Source of the DNA: Candidatus Dojkabacteria bacterium
Lineage (GTDB): Bacteria; Patescibacteriota; Dojkabacteria; JAOAGR01
Length of the DNA stretch: 64,000 nucleotides
Direction of reading: 5' to 3'
NCBI GenBank assembly: GCA_026415655.1
Contig: JAOAGR010000004.1
Coordinates: 134,773-198,772, forward strand
Position 1 is the stretch's first letter. The number at the start of each line of letters is the position of its first letter. Both the position numbers and the translations under genes were made by a program. The notes below the pieces were generated by a model. It was given only the letters and a program-made list of their open reading frames with translations, made no database searches and had not been told where the DNA came from. Shown one piece after another: positions 31,143-40,407 of this stretch.

Positions 31143-31386
31143 GCAATTAGTGGATAAAATCCTTGAAGCAAAACGTAGTGATAAAAACGCAGATACAAGT
31201 CATTGGGAGCATAAGATCGATGAATTGGTGTATAAGTTGTATGAATTAACAGATGAGGAAATAAGGCAGGTAGAGGAGAGAATAGACAAAAATAGAGTTA
31301 ATTAGGTATAAGCGGTTTTTATCTGTTAGACATTTATCGTAATATCAAGTTATAAATTTCTCAGGATTTGATGATTTTTATATTGG

Positions 31387-32835
31387 CTATGCTGCCCTTC
31401 TCATTGCTGCTTTTATACCTTTTCTCAGTTCATGATTATATTCTAGTCTCTGACAAGACAAGGTTATTTGGGATATTAGATGATCTATATCTGCATCTTT
31501 TATATTCTCTCCGTCTTTTATTTTCTTTAATATGTCGGGTGGTATATTTACGGTAACAAGTATCGGTACAGTACTTCCTCTAAGAGTACGTAAAAACTCT
31601 CTGTTTTCTAATAAAGTTCTTAATCTTGTTTTAGGTCTTGTTGTTTGGGTATTGGTTTCATCTTTTGAAACTTCAGAAAATATATTCCTTATAGAACTTC
31701 TGCGGTTTGGGTCCGTTTCTTGAGTATTATTATCTTTACTTTTTGATGAGATGTTACTAGCGGTTTGATTATCTTGATTTTTTAACGAAATGCTGTCAGC
31801 GGTCTGATTATCCTTAGTTTCTGATGAAACGTTATCAGCGGTTGTAACAGGACCGTTCGAATCAGAGATTTTATTATCTTTGCTTTCTGATGAACTTTTA
31901 CCTTTTTCTGTTTGAATAACAAAAAATTCAAACACTGCAAAAAGAGTGTGTGCTATATCTCGTATGTCTTCTTGATCAATTTCTATACTTCCATAATTGG
32001 GATTATCAACATTAGGCGCATCTAAAGTATTTTCTTGATCTTTAGGTGGCGTTTGATTGTTCTTTTCATCATATTTTGTTTTTATTTCAATTACAGTTAA
32101 TTTGACTTTGCTTTTTGCCATCAAATCAAATAGTCTTAATATATCTGAATCAATTCCTGCGGCTGATAGGATATTTTTTCGTATTTTTTTACTCAATTCT
32201 AAGATAAACTCTTTCGTTTCTTCATCTTTTGTGTCATAAGAAAAACCTATCAAGTCAGCTCTTGTGGTCAGAGCGGCTATTGCCCTATGTGTAGGTATTC
32301 CTGTATCTGTTTTTGCATTATCATTGTCATTTGGTACATGTGTAAATGGAAAATATAATCCTATTAATTGAATTAGTTCATCATATTGTTTTTGTATATC
32401 TGGATTTTCCAATTCTATTTTATTTACTTGTTGTCCTGTACCAATTTGTTCAAGGTGTTGCAGTATTTTGCGATAATTGGTAGATACACTTTTTATATAT
32501 TTCTTGACTTTTTCTTCTATACTGTGGTCAATCATCAGTGAAAGTTCATGTAACCAGATCGTTGTAGTTTCTGATTCTTCTTGTGCATCATTTGCTAATC
32601 CTGGTTCGGAATCGGGTCCTACTTGTCTTGATGGATCCTTTATTCTTGGGACCATCTCTGTAGTTGTATTGTAGATTTCGGCGGCTAGTTTTCGTAATCT
32701 ATCTAAAACTTTTTCTGATAATTTTGATTGTGTAGATCTAATATGTTCGATGAAATGGGGACAGGTTGAGAAATTTTTGTTTCCAACTTCATGATCTCCG
32801 TTTTGTATAAATTCGTGTTGTATAATACGTCCCAC
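31387..32835 (-). CDS. Hypothetical protein, 482 aa, with an internal low-complexity Ser/Asp/Asn/Thr/Lys-rich tract. It is convergent with the methyltransferase
   Basis: Long ORF in an AT-rich genome. The repeated SKDN(Q)TA(D/S)SIS-like segment is visible, and I recognise no catalytic motif. Confidence 0.5.
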   Translation of the reverse strand: MGRIIQHEFIQNGDHEVGNKNFSTCPHFIEHIRSTQSKLSEKVLDRLRKLAAEIYNTTTEMVPRIKDPSRQVGPDSEPGLANDAQEESETTTIWLHELSLMIDHSIEEKVKKYIKSVSTNYRKILQHLEQIGTGQQVNKIELENPDIQKQYDELIQLIGLYFPFTHVPNDNDNAKTDTGIPTHRAIAALTTRADLIGFSYDTKDEETKEFILELSKKIRKNILSAAGIDSDILRLFDLMAKSKVKLTVIEIKTKYDEKNNQTPPKDQENTLDAPNVDNPNYGSIEIDQEDIRDIAHTLFAVFEFFVIQTEKGKSSSESKDNKISDSNGPVTTADNVSSETKDNQTADSISLKNQDNQTASNISSKSKDNNTQETDPNRRSSIRNIFSEVSKDETNTQTTRPKTRLRTLLENREFLRTLRGSTVPILVTVNIPPDILKKIKDGENIKDADIDHLISQITLSCQRLEYNHELRKGIKAAMRRAA

Positions 32836-32981
32836 TAATGTGCCAAAATATAACGGCCATAACGCAAATGGATATTTTTCTCGTGAGGGAAATTCGGGAT
32901 TACCGGTATTATCAGGTGTTTTTGTGACTGATCAGCGAAAACTTACAGGATAAGGTTGCATAAAAAGTAAAACTGTCCTAT

Positions 32982-33055
32982 TGGCTGGATCGCCTGGATT
33001 CGAACCAGGAAAACCTCCTCCAAAGGGAGGCGTGATACCGTTTCACCACGATCCA
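32982..33055 (-). tRNA. tRNA-Gln (anticodon UUG)
   Basis: It folds into a cloverleaf with acceptor stem U1-A72 plus GGATCG/CGATCC and discriminator G73, both typical Gln identity elements. CCA is encoded. The anticodon loop is CUUUGGA and the T-arm is CCTGG-TTCGAAT-CCAGG. The 3' end faces the defence island. Confidence 0.8.
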
Positions 33056-33094
33056 TTGCAAAATGTATTATGTCATAAAATGGGGAAAATGTCA

Positions 33095-33928
33095 TTAGTT
33101 TTGTGGATTATATGCCTCACCTATTTCTTTTGATATTTTTCGTAACAATGAATATCTGTCAAATTCGATATGTTTTTTGTTTTTATCTATTCCCAAAGTG
33201 ACGAAAAACTCAAATTCTACTGTATCGAATTCGTTTTTTATTACAAAATTTGTGTAGCCAAGATTAAATAAATCATACATAATCAGCTTAAATGAACTAG
33301 GAGTAAATCTCCAACAATGTACATCAATATATTCACCCTCTTGGGCTTTTTTAAGATGATCTTTTAGTGTGTCAAATGTATGCAGGACTGCATCCGGTCC
33401 TGTACTATCCTCTGGAAACCAAGCAAGTTTTCCATTGCGTATAGAAGCATTAGACATGCTGGTGAAAACCATTCCAGGACTTGGTTTTGTGAGTCTGTGC
33501 ATATGTGCATCAATTATCGATCCTGTAGATGAGTATGGTGCAAAGTAGTCAAAACAATATCTCATATCCGGCACTGCTAACGATAAAACACCTTCGTCTT
33601 TTAATAATGCTTCGCATTGATTTAGGAAATGTATAAAGTCAGGTACGTGTTCTATGACGTGACTTGCTATAATTGCATCATATAATTTTGTTTTACCTAT
33701 TAGATCAGTATAATTTTCGCCGTTCCAGACATAATCTACTTCTTCTATGTTTTCTATTGGTACATTATGAGATTTGTATTTATTAATAAGCTCCTCTCTT
33801 GAAGCGTGGTCTAATATGTGTGCATTATAACCTTCCTTCTTCGGTACAATGGGGTTATAGCTTGGTCCTATTTCTAGTATTAATCCATTTTTATTAACAC
33901 TATATAAAATTTTTTCTTTTCTATGCAT
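33095..33928 (-). CDS. Class I SAM-dependent methyltransferase
   Basis: Motif DAIIASHVIEHVPD and a typical Methyltransf_11/23-like layout. Confidence 0.55.
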   Translation of the reverse strand: MHRKEKILYSVNKNGLILEIGPSYNPIVPKKEGYNAHILDHASREELINKYKSHNVPIENIEEVDYVWNGENYTDLIGKTKLYDAIIASHVIEHVPDFIHFLNQCEALLKDEGVLSLAVPDMRYCFDYFAPYSSTGSIIDAHMHRLTKPSPGMVFTSMSNASIRNGKLAWFPEDSTGPDAVLHTFDTLKDHLKKAQEGEYIDVHCWRFTPSSFKLIMYDLFNLGYTNFVIKNEFDTVEFEFFVTLGIDKNKKHIEFDRYSLLRKISKEIGEAYNPQN

Positions 33929-33979
33929 GCTGGAGTTATTCTAATATAATTCGAAATAAAAATAAAATTTATACTAATA

Positions 33980-35986
33980 GTGATAGACAATCATAAAATA
34001 AAGTTGATATTAAACACCTTTGGGTATGTAAATTCTGTGATACGAGAGCATGGAATAAGGTATGTGTTTTATAAGGCTTTTCGAAGGATAAAAAAGTATT
34101 TTGAATTGAGTAAAAATAGATATCAAAAAAAAATAGAAAGTATTAGATTAGATAAGCTCGTTTTTAGCATAGATCAGAGTAGTCACAAATTAGATAAAAG
34201 TTTTCTAAAAGACGTGTCAATTTTGATTATACTGGATATCAATGATCTTTCAGAGAACTTGCTAAAAGATATTGATGATCAGGTAAGAAAAATAATTGAT
34301 AAACACAAAATAGATATAAGATTAATTGTTCTTACTAAAGATGTATCTCGTGTAAATAAAACCATTTCAAGTCTGTTTATTTTTTCAGAAAAAAAGGAGA
34401 ATATAGATGTATTTGCCATTGTTAAAAAACTTTTACCGGATCTCAAAACCAATGTGTTTGTTAAATATCTGGATGTATTGAACAAAAATGATTTAGGGAG
34501 GGTTATAGATTCTATGAGATTCTTGCAACACATAGTTAAGAAACATAGATTTTTGTGTATAGATGATTTATCTCACAATATTGAACAAAATGATTATTCC
34601 GCTGAGGATGAGAGTTACTTTAATTCTTGGAGGATACTTTTTATAAAAAATAATCTATTAAATAGAATTTTTCTTTCTTCTAAGATGATATTGCCTAATC
34701 ATATTGTTAGACTGAATAAAAATAATCGTAATATCTTTTTCGATTTGGATTCACAGCCTAAAAATCCTATTCAGAATCAGAATACTAAAAATCAGGAATA
34801 TTATTACAAACTAGATACTACAGATCGTGATATTTCAAAATTTAGTGAGATGTTTTTGTTTTTTAATATTAATTCAAGCAATATTGTTATTCTTGATCAT
34901 AATTTATTGGGTGGGGGTTCGAGTTTTTTTATTGATGAATATATAAAGTCAAATATACAGAATTATAATTTTATTTTAATAAGATATGATTATCTAAAAC
35001 TTGGCAAGTATATCGTAGATCTTTTTCTAAGCGAAAAGAGAGAAAGTTTTATTTTTCATTCATTTGCTGATTTGATAGTATTCTTAAATCTTGTTAGTTT
35101 TGAAAAAATAGTCGTAAATTCGCTGGTAAGTTATCAAGATATTTTTTTGATTCTTGAATATATTAGAAATATAAAAAACTCTTGGAATGTCTACATAGAA
35201 TATATGGTTCATGATTATTTTTGCATTTGTCCTAGTTATCATTTGATAGACTGGCAAGTTAAGTATTGTGGTATACCTGAGGACTACAATATCTGTAATA
35301 GATGTATAAAAGACAATCATCTAGATTTTCAAATTTTTGGGTATAAACAATATAATGATATGAAATCATGGAGGAAACGTTGGGCTGAATTCTTGCAGAT
35401 TGTCGATGATATAGTATGTTTTTCCGATTCTTCAAAGGAAATCTTGTTGAAAGCTTATTCAGAATTGAAAAATATATTAGTTAAGCCACATAAACTTAAA
35501 TATCGTTATCCTGATATATATAATGAGCAAGATACATTAGCTCAAATAAAAGATGATAAAACAACCAGAATTGGTATTTTAGGTTCCATTAATGTACCAA
35601 AGGGAGCTTATATAATAAAAGAATTGTTAAAATACATCGAAGCACATAACTTGGATTTTGAAATTATTCTAATCGGTGAGATCAGCATTCCAATTTCTTC
35701 TAAGAAGTTTATAAAAACAGGTCGGTATAAGAGAGATGCAGTACCAGATATCATAAAAAAATACAAAATAAATTTTTTTCTATTGCCTTCGGTTTGTCCC
35801 GAAACCTACTCACTAGTCACAGATGAAATTATGCAATTAGGCTATCCGTTGGTTGTTTTTGATGTAGGTGCACCCCCTGAACGAGTACGCAAGTATAAGA
35901 GAGGACTAGTATTAAGAACTGAGGATTATCTAAATATACTTGATAGAGATTATATAGAGAAGATGCTATTCCAAAACGCTGTCTAA
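33980..35986 (+). CDS. Hypothetical protein with a C-terminal GT1/GT4-like glycosyltransferase domain
   Basis: C-terminal segment EIILIGE...YSLVTDEIMQLGYPLVVFDVGAPPERV, of the GT4 E-x7-E type. Confidence 0.45.
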   Translation: MIDNHKIKLILNTFGYVNSVIREHGIRYVFYKAFRRIKKYFELSKNRYQKKIESIRLDKLVFSIDQSSHKLDKSFLKDVSILIILDINDLSENLLKDIDDQVRKIIDKHKIDIRLIVLTKDVSRVNKTISSLFIFSEKKENIDVFAIVKKLLPDLKTNVFVKYLDVLNKNDLGRVIDSMRFLQHIVKKHRFLCIDDLSHNIEQNDYSAEDESYFNSWRILFIKNNLLNRIFLSSKMILPNHIVRLNKNNRNIFFDLDSQPKNPIQNQNTKNQEYYYKLDTTDRDISKFSEMFLFFNINSSNIVILDHNLLGGGSSFFIDEYIKSNIQNYNFILIRYDYLKLGKYIVDLFLSEKRESFIFHSFADLIVFLNLVSFEKIVVNSLVSYQDIFLILEYIRNIKNSWNVYIEYMVHDYFCICPSYHLIDWQVKYCGIPEDYNICNRCIKDNHLDFQIFGYKQYNDMKSWRKRWAEFLQIVDDIVCFSDSSKEILLKAYSELKNILVKPHKLKYRYPDIYNEQDTLAQIKDDKTTRIGILGSINVPKGAYIIKELLKYIEAHNLDFEIILIGEISIPISSKKFIKTGRYKRDAVPDIIKKYKINFFLLPSVCPETYSLVTDEIMQLGYPLVVFDVGAPPERVRKYKRGLVLRTEDYLNILDRDYIEKMLFQNAV

Positions 35987-37237
35987 CACAATTTTTAACT
36001 GTGAATAGATATTTTTATCATAATATGTGTTGATAGCATCTTCGCGAGCTTGATTAGATATACGGCTATATGCCTCTTCGTTGTCTAATAATAACTTAAT
36101 ATTTTGGTACCAATCTGTTTTCGAATGTGACAACAAAATATTATTAGGATTTCTTTCCTTTATTTTTCTAAAAGGATATCTAGGGGAAGCTATAGAGGGT
36201 TTTTTAAGAATAGCACTTTCAAAATATTTTAGCTCGGATTTGCAGTCATTAAATTCATTATCTTCTAGTGGTATTAAGTTGATATAACACTGATTGATAT
36301 ATTCCAGTTGTGATACAAAATTGGTAAAAGGCAATCTTATGATTCTGTCTGAAAATTCGTTGAAAGATTCATCCAATTCTAAAAAACCTCCGATTAAAAG
36401 ATGCACATTGGCTCTTTCTTTGAGAATCCGTAATAAAACTTGTTTGATCGACGCAAAATCTGCATTGTGACTGCTACTACCACTAAAATAAGCAAGATAC
36501 TTTGTTTTAGAACTTTTTTTCTCTTCTTGTTTAAGAATATAATCAGAATATTCAACTTGAGTACTATTTAATGAGTTATAGATGAGATATGTGGGCTTTT
36601 GATAAGAACTTTGTATCTTGGACGATAAATATTCGTTAGGAGAAATAAAATAGTCCGCCAAACGCATCAACCATATTTTTCTCATCGCAACGCCAAATAG
36701 TATAGAGATATGATTATTATCTTTCGCTTGATAGTCATTTTTAACGATATTGCGTATATGCTCTTCGGATATAATTAGATCGTCTATATCATAGATTATT
36801 TTCTTTCCTAGTTTTTTGAATTCGAATATTAGACTTTCAAGGTCTACTGTCCAAGAAGTACGTACCAGAATGATTAAGTCAATTTTTCTAATGTAATTAT
36901 ACAGTTCTGAAATTTCATTAAGAAAAAAAACATGGGGAGTAATGTTTGTAAAATACTTTTGATAAATTTCTAATAAATTTAATGCTCTATACCTAAATGT
37001 AGAAAAGTCTAGTTGGTCGTATATGTACACGATGTTTCTTTTCTTTGACTCATCAAGTTTTTTTATTCTTTCCTTTGTAGATGACTTTGGATATTGCATA
37101 AAACTATCAAATTTAGCCTCCGCTAATTCCATATTTTGGCCGATAGTATGGGTTGGATTGCCCTTTGTCTTGATACCCGCTATGGATAGGAATCTGTGTT
37201 TAATGTGTTTTAACCGTCTTTTGAGTGTATTATACAT
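35966..37237 (-). CDS. Glycosyltransferase-like protein (GT1/GT4-related)
   Basis: The C-terminal half has a GT-B-like pattern (HLLIGGFLE...FESAILKKPSIASP). Confidence 0.4.
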   Translation of the reverse strand: MYNTLKRRLKHIKHRFLSIAGIKTKGNPTHTIGQNMELAEAKFDSFMQYPKSSTKERIKKLDESKKRNIVYIYDQLDFSTFRYRALNLLEIYQKYFTNITPHVFFLNEISELYNYIRKIDLIILVRTSWTVDLESLIFEFKKLGKKIIYDIDDLIISEEHIRNIVKNDYQAKDNNHISILFGVAMRKIWLMRLADYFISPNEYLSSKIQSSYQKPTYLIYNSLNSTQVEYSDYILKQEEKKSSKTKYLAYFSGSSSHNADFASIKQVLLRILKERANVHLLIGGFLELDESFNEFSDRIIRLPFTNFVSQLEYINQCYINLIPLEDNEFNDCKSELKYFESAILKKPSIASPRYPFRKIKERNPNNILLSHSKTDWYQNIKLLLDNEEAYSRISNQAREDAINTYYDKNIYSQLKIVLDSVLE

Positions 37238-37272
37238 AATTTATCCCAATACTATTATGCATTTTACATTAT

Positions 37273-39522
37273 TTGATCTATAATTGCAGAGACAATATGA
37301 TAAAGAAAGTAAGTATTATCATACCAATATATAACGCATTAAATGAATTGAGAGAATGTGTTGATTCCATCTTGAAAAGTAACATCTCAGTTGATTACGA
37401 AATCATTCTGATTGACGATTGTAGTCCTGATCACAATGTAAAAAAATACTTGGAAGGTATAAACAATCCTAAAATAAAGGTTTTTTATAATGAAAAAAAT
37501 CTCGGATTTGTAAAAACGGTAAATAAAGGTATGAAACTAGCAGAGTCTAATGATGTTTTGTTATTAAATAGCGATACAGTAGTTACTCAAAAATTTTTAG
37601 ATAAAATAGTTAAGGTTGCTTATTCGTCACCATCCATTGGTACTGTTACTCCTCTTTCTAATGCGGCTTCTATAATGTCTATCATTGAGTTTTGTAAGGA
37701 GGTACCATTACCCGAGGGGTTGGATCCAGAGACAGCTAATAAAATAGTTGAGTTGATATATGCTGGTGAAATAATTTCGGCTCCTACTGCAAATGGATAT
37801 TGTATGTATATCAAACGTGAATTACTAGATTTGATAGGATATTTTGATGAAGAAAATTTTGGCAAAGGTTATGGTGAGGAGAATGATTTTAGCATCAGAG
37901 CTATGCTAAATGGATATACAAATGTATGTGATAATTCTACTTTTATATATCATAAGGGACATTCTAGTTTTAATACGCACGAGGCGCTAAATAAAAAAAT
38001 TGATTCTGTGAAGGCTAAACATTCATCAATATTGCACTCTAGATATCCTTTTTGGCAACAGCTGATTGTCGATTTTATTGCCCATTCATTAATGAAAAAT
38101 AAGGTAAAGCTTTTTAATATTGTCTATAAATTGATCAGTTCTAATAAACCAACGATATTAATCTTAAAACATCCAGAACAGGTAAAAGGAGGTATTTATT
38201 TACATACGGAGAACCTAATAAAAAATCTAGGAGATAAATATAATTTTGTAGTTTTATATCCTATTAATCAAGATAATTTTAAGTTACATTTTTATATTAA
38301 TGGAAAAAGATTTGCTGATGAAGGAATAGATCTTTTTAATATTCATAGATATGAAGAAAAGTTATGGGGTAATTATTTGATAAAAGATTTAAATTCTTTA
38401 TTTAATTTTGTACATATTCATATACAGCATTGGTTGTATTTTGATATTGGGATATTAAATTTGTCAAGAATGGTAGATGTACCAGTATCTATGACCTTGC
38501 ATGACTTGTCTTTATTATTTTCAGGTCTTGATTATATCGTTAATCCAACTGCACATGAAGATCGTGAGATTGATACTGAATCAGTGCGTATTAGAAGATT
38601 GAATTTGTTATTAAAAAACGTAGATTGTCTCATAGCACCGAGCAATTATGTAAAAAATAAGTTTACGTCTGTATTTGAGGATATAAACATAAAAGTAATA
38701 GAAAACGGCGTCAAAAAACCTAAAAAGAAAGATCTAAAATCTCTTTCGAGCCTGGATGTTCATGAATATTCAAATATAAATATTTGTTATTTGGGGGCTG
38801 TTGGCAGACATAAGGGTATTGAAGATTACTTTAAGCTAATGAAATATTTTAATCAATCCAAAAAGGAGATGCTAAATTTCTATGTCATTGGTAATGATGA
38901 TCATCGTCTATTAGACGAATTAGATAAAAAGTACAAACTCAAGAAAAATGTTGATTATGTCCATGATGTATATACAAAAGGATATCCATATGATCTGCTA
39001 TTAAAGTATAAAATTAATGTTGTAATCGTACCCTCAATCGTACCTGAGTCATTTTGTATGACGATTTCGGAAGCTTTGGCGCTAGGCATACCTGTTATTA
39101 CTAGTGATCTAGGAGCGCAAGGAGATAGGATAAGGAAACTAAATGCTGGTTGGGTTTATAGTGATCTTGAACAGTTAATAAATACTGTTGTAACGATGAT
39201 CGAGAACCCAGATCAGATACGACAGAAACGAAAGTTTAATATAGATAATGTTAAGGTTAATTTCGTAGAGGACATGGTAAAGAAATATGATGGTATTTTT
39301 TCACAATCTTTAAATAGAGAGGAGAGTACTGTTGTGGGGTTAGATAACATCAAAATTTCAGATGAACTAAAGTTAGAATTTATATACGATGATAATAGAA
39401 CAGGTGTTGTAGGAGTTACACCGGTACTTGGTACCTATTATCTTAAGTTTGTCAATCTAATAAAAAGAAATAATTTGCTGTACCGTATTGCACGAAAATT
39501 TGCTAAATTTGTATTAAAATAA
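37273..39522 (+). CDS. Bifunctional glycosyltransferase: N-terminal GT2 domain plus C-terminal GT4 domain
   Basis: GT2 signature VSIIIPIYNA...ILIDDCSPD...LLLNSDTVV, and GT4 signature ESFCMTISEALALGIPVITSDLGAQGDRI. Confidence 0.75.
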   Translation: MIYNCRDNMIKKVSIIIPIYNALNELRECVDSILKSNISVDYEIILIDDCSPDHNVKKYLEGINNPKIKVFYNEKNLGFVKTVNKGMKLAESNDVLLLNSDTVVTQKFLDKIVKVAYSSPSIGTVTPLSNAASIMSIIEFCKEVPLPEGLDPETANKIVELIYAGEIISAPTANGYCMYIKRELLDLIGYFDEENFGKGYGEENDFSIRAMLNGYTNVCDNSTFIYHKGHSSFNTHEALNKKIDSVKAKHSSILHSRYPFWQQLIVDFIAHSLMKNKVKLFNIVYKLISSNKPTILILKHPEQVKGGIYLHTENLIKNLGDKYNFVVLYPINQDNFKLHFYINGKRFADEGIDLFNIHRYEEKLWGNYLIKDLNSLFNFVHIHIQHWLYFDIGILNLSRMVDVPVSMTLHDLSLLFSGLDYIVNPTAHEDREIDTESVRIRRLNLLLKNVDCLIAPSNYVKNKFTSVFEDINIKVIENGVKKPKKKDLKSLSSLDVHEYSNINICYLGAVGRHKGIEDYFKLMKYFNQSKKEMLNFYVIGNDDHRLLDELDKKYKLKKNVDYVHDVYTKGYPYDLLLKYKINVVIVPSIVPESFCMTISEALALGIPVITSDLGAQGDRIRKLNAGWVYSDLEQLINTVVTMIENPDQIRQKRKFNIDNVKVNFVEDMVKKYDGIFSQSLNREESTVVGLDNIKISDELKLEFIYDDNRTGVVGVTPVLGTYYLKFVNLIKRNNLLYRIARKFAKFVLK

Positions 39523-39547
39523 ACTATTTATGTTATAATTCATAGCC

Positions 39548-39799
39548 ATGCTAAAGATAAGACTAAAACAACAGGGAAGAAAAAATGCAAAAATGTATAG
39601 AGTTGTAGTTGCAGAGTCAACTAGTAGGCGGGATGGAAAAACCGTTGATCAGATAGGTATTTATAATCCTATACCCAATCCTTCTGTTATTGAATTAGAT
39701 ATGAATAAATTTGAATATTGGTTGAATAACGGTGCTCAGATGACCGATAGAGTACGCAAACTATACGAAATTGTAAAATCAGGAAACTTGAAAAAATAA
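39548..39799 (+). CDS. rpsP: 30S ribosomal protein S16
   Basis: MLKIRLKQQGRKNAKMYRVVVAESTSRRDGKTVDQIGIYNP is a classic bS16 sequence. Confidence 0.9.
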   Translation: MLKIRLKQQGRKNAKMYRVVVAESTSRRDGKTVDQIGIYNPIPNPSVIELDMNKFEYWLNNGAQMTDRVRKLYEIVKSGNLKK

Positions 39800-39804
39800 C
39801 TATC

Positions 39805-40068
39805 ATGGAAGAAAATAGAAAACCCCGGCCGACCATTTCCCAAGAAAAACTAGATGAATTTGTGCGTTATGTGATATCTAATTTGGTTGTTAATAAAGAC
39901 AAAGTAGAAGTTGTAGTGATGGAAGATGTACCTGGTACATACACTGTACACATACGAGTTGATGCGTCCGATAGAGGGCGTGTCATAGGTAGAAATGGTA
40001 AAACTATTAATGCATTACGAACTATTTTGAGGATTTTTGGGAGAATTGTTGTGATTTTGGAAGAATAA
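39805..40068 (+). CDS. KH-domain RNA-binding protein (YlqC/UPF0109 family)
   Basis: VHIRVDASDRGRVIGRNGKTINALRTIL contains the GxxG KH motif. The gene follows rpsP, which is the conserved arrangement. Confidence 0.75.
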   Translation: MEENRKPRPTISQEKLDEFVRYVISNLVVNKDKVEVVVMEDVPGTYTVHIRVDASDRGRVIGRNGKTINALRTILRIFGRIVVILEE

Positions 40069-40407
40069 AACATAAGTTATCGAATTTTGTAAATTTCTAT
40101 CAATCATAAATTATTAGTTAAGTTATTTTGACTTTATATATTTCTGATTTTATATAGTAAATTTTAGATGACTTACTTAGGATAGTCGAAAACTCGCTAA
40201 TGTAAAAGATTGTTAATGTATCTGAAAATCTAGATCTTGATTGCCATCTTTTTTACTGATGTTGTTACCATTAATTTTTTATTTTGTTGATAATTAGAAT
40301 AAGGATATATGTACAAGTAGAACAATAAAAATAATTCTTTATGAACGTCTATATAAGTATATATAAAATGTATAATTATATATTTTGTATTTGAAAAACT
40401 AAAATTT

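Noticed and set aside
26418-31305. An intein as the explanation for the large insertion in the methyltransferase
   Set aside because: The insertion has no intein splicing blocks: no N-terminal Cys/Ser plus TxxH, and no C-terminal HN followed by a nucleophile. It has a HuH (HVHLL) transposase-like signature instead.
32836-33094. Searched for an integrase or recombinase and for a direct repeat of the tRNA-Gln 3' end at the other island boundary (22302-23047)
   Set aside because: No tyrosine or serine recombinase ORF is in or near the island. No copy of the tRNA 3' segment (GGTTCGAATCCAGG...) is found in the 22.3-23.0 kb leader. The island-at-tRNA interpretation therefore rests on position only.
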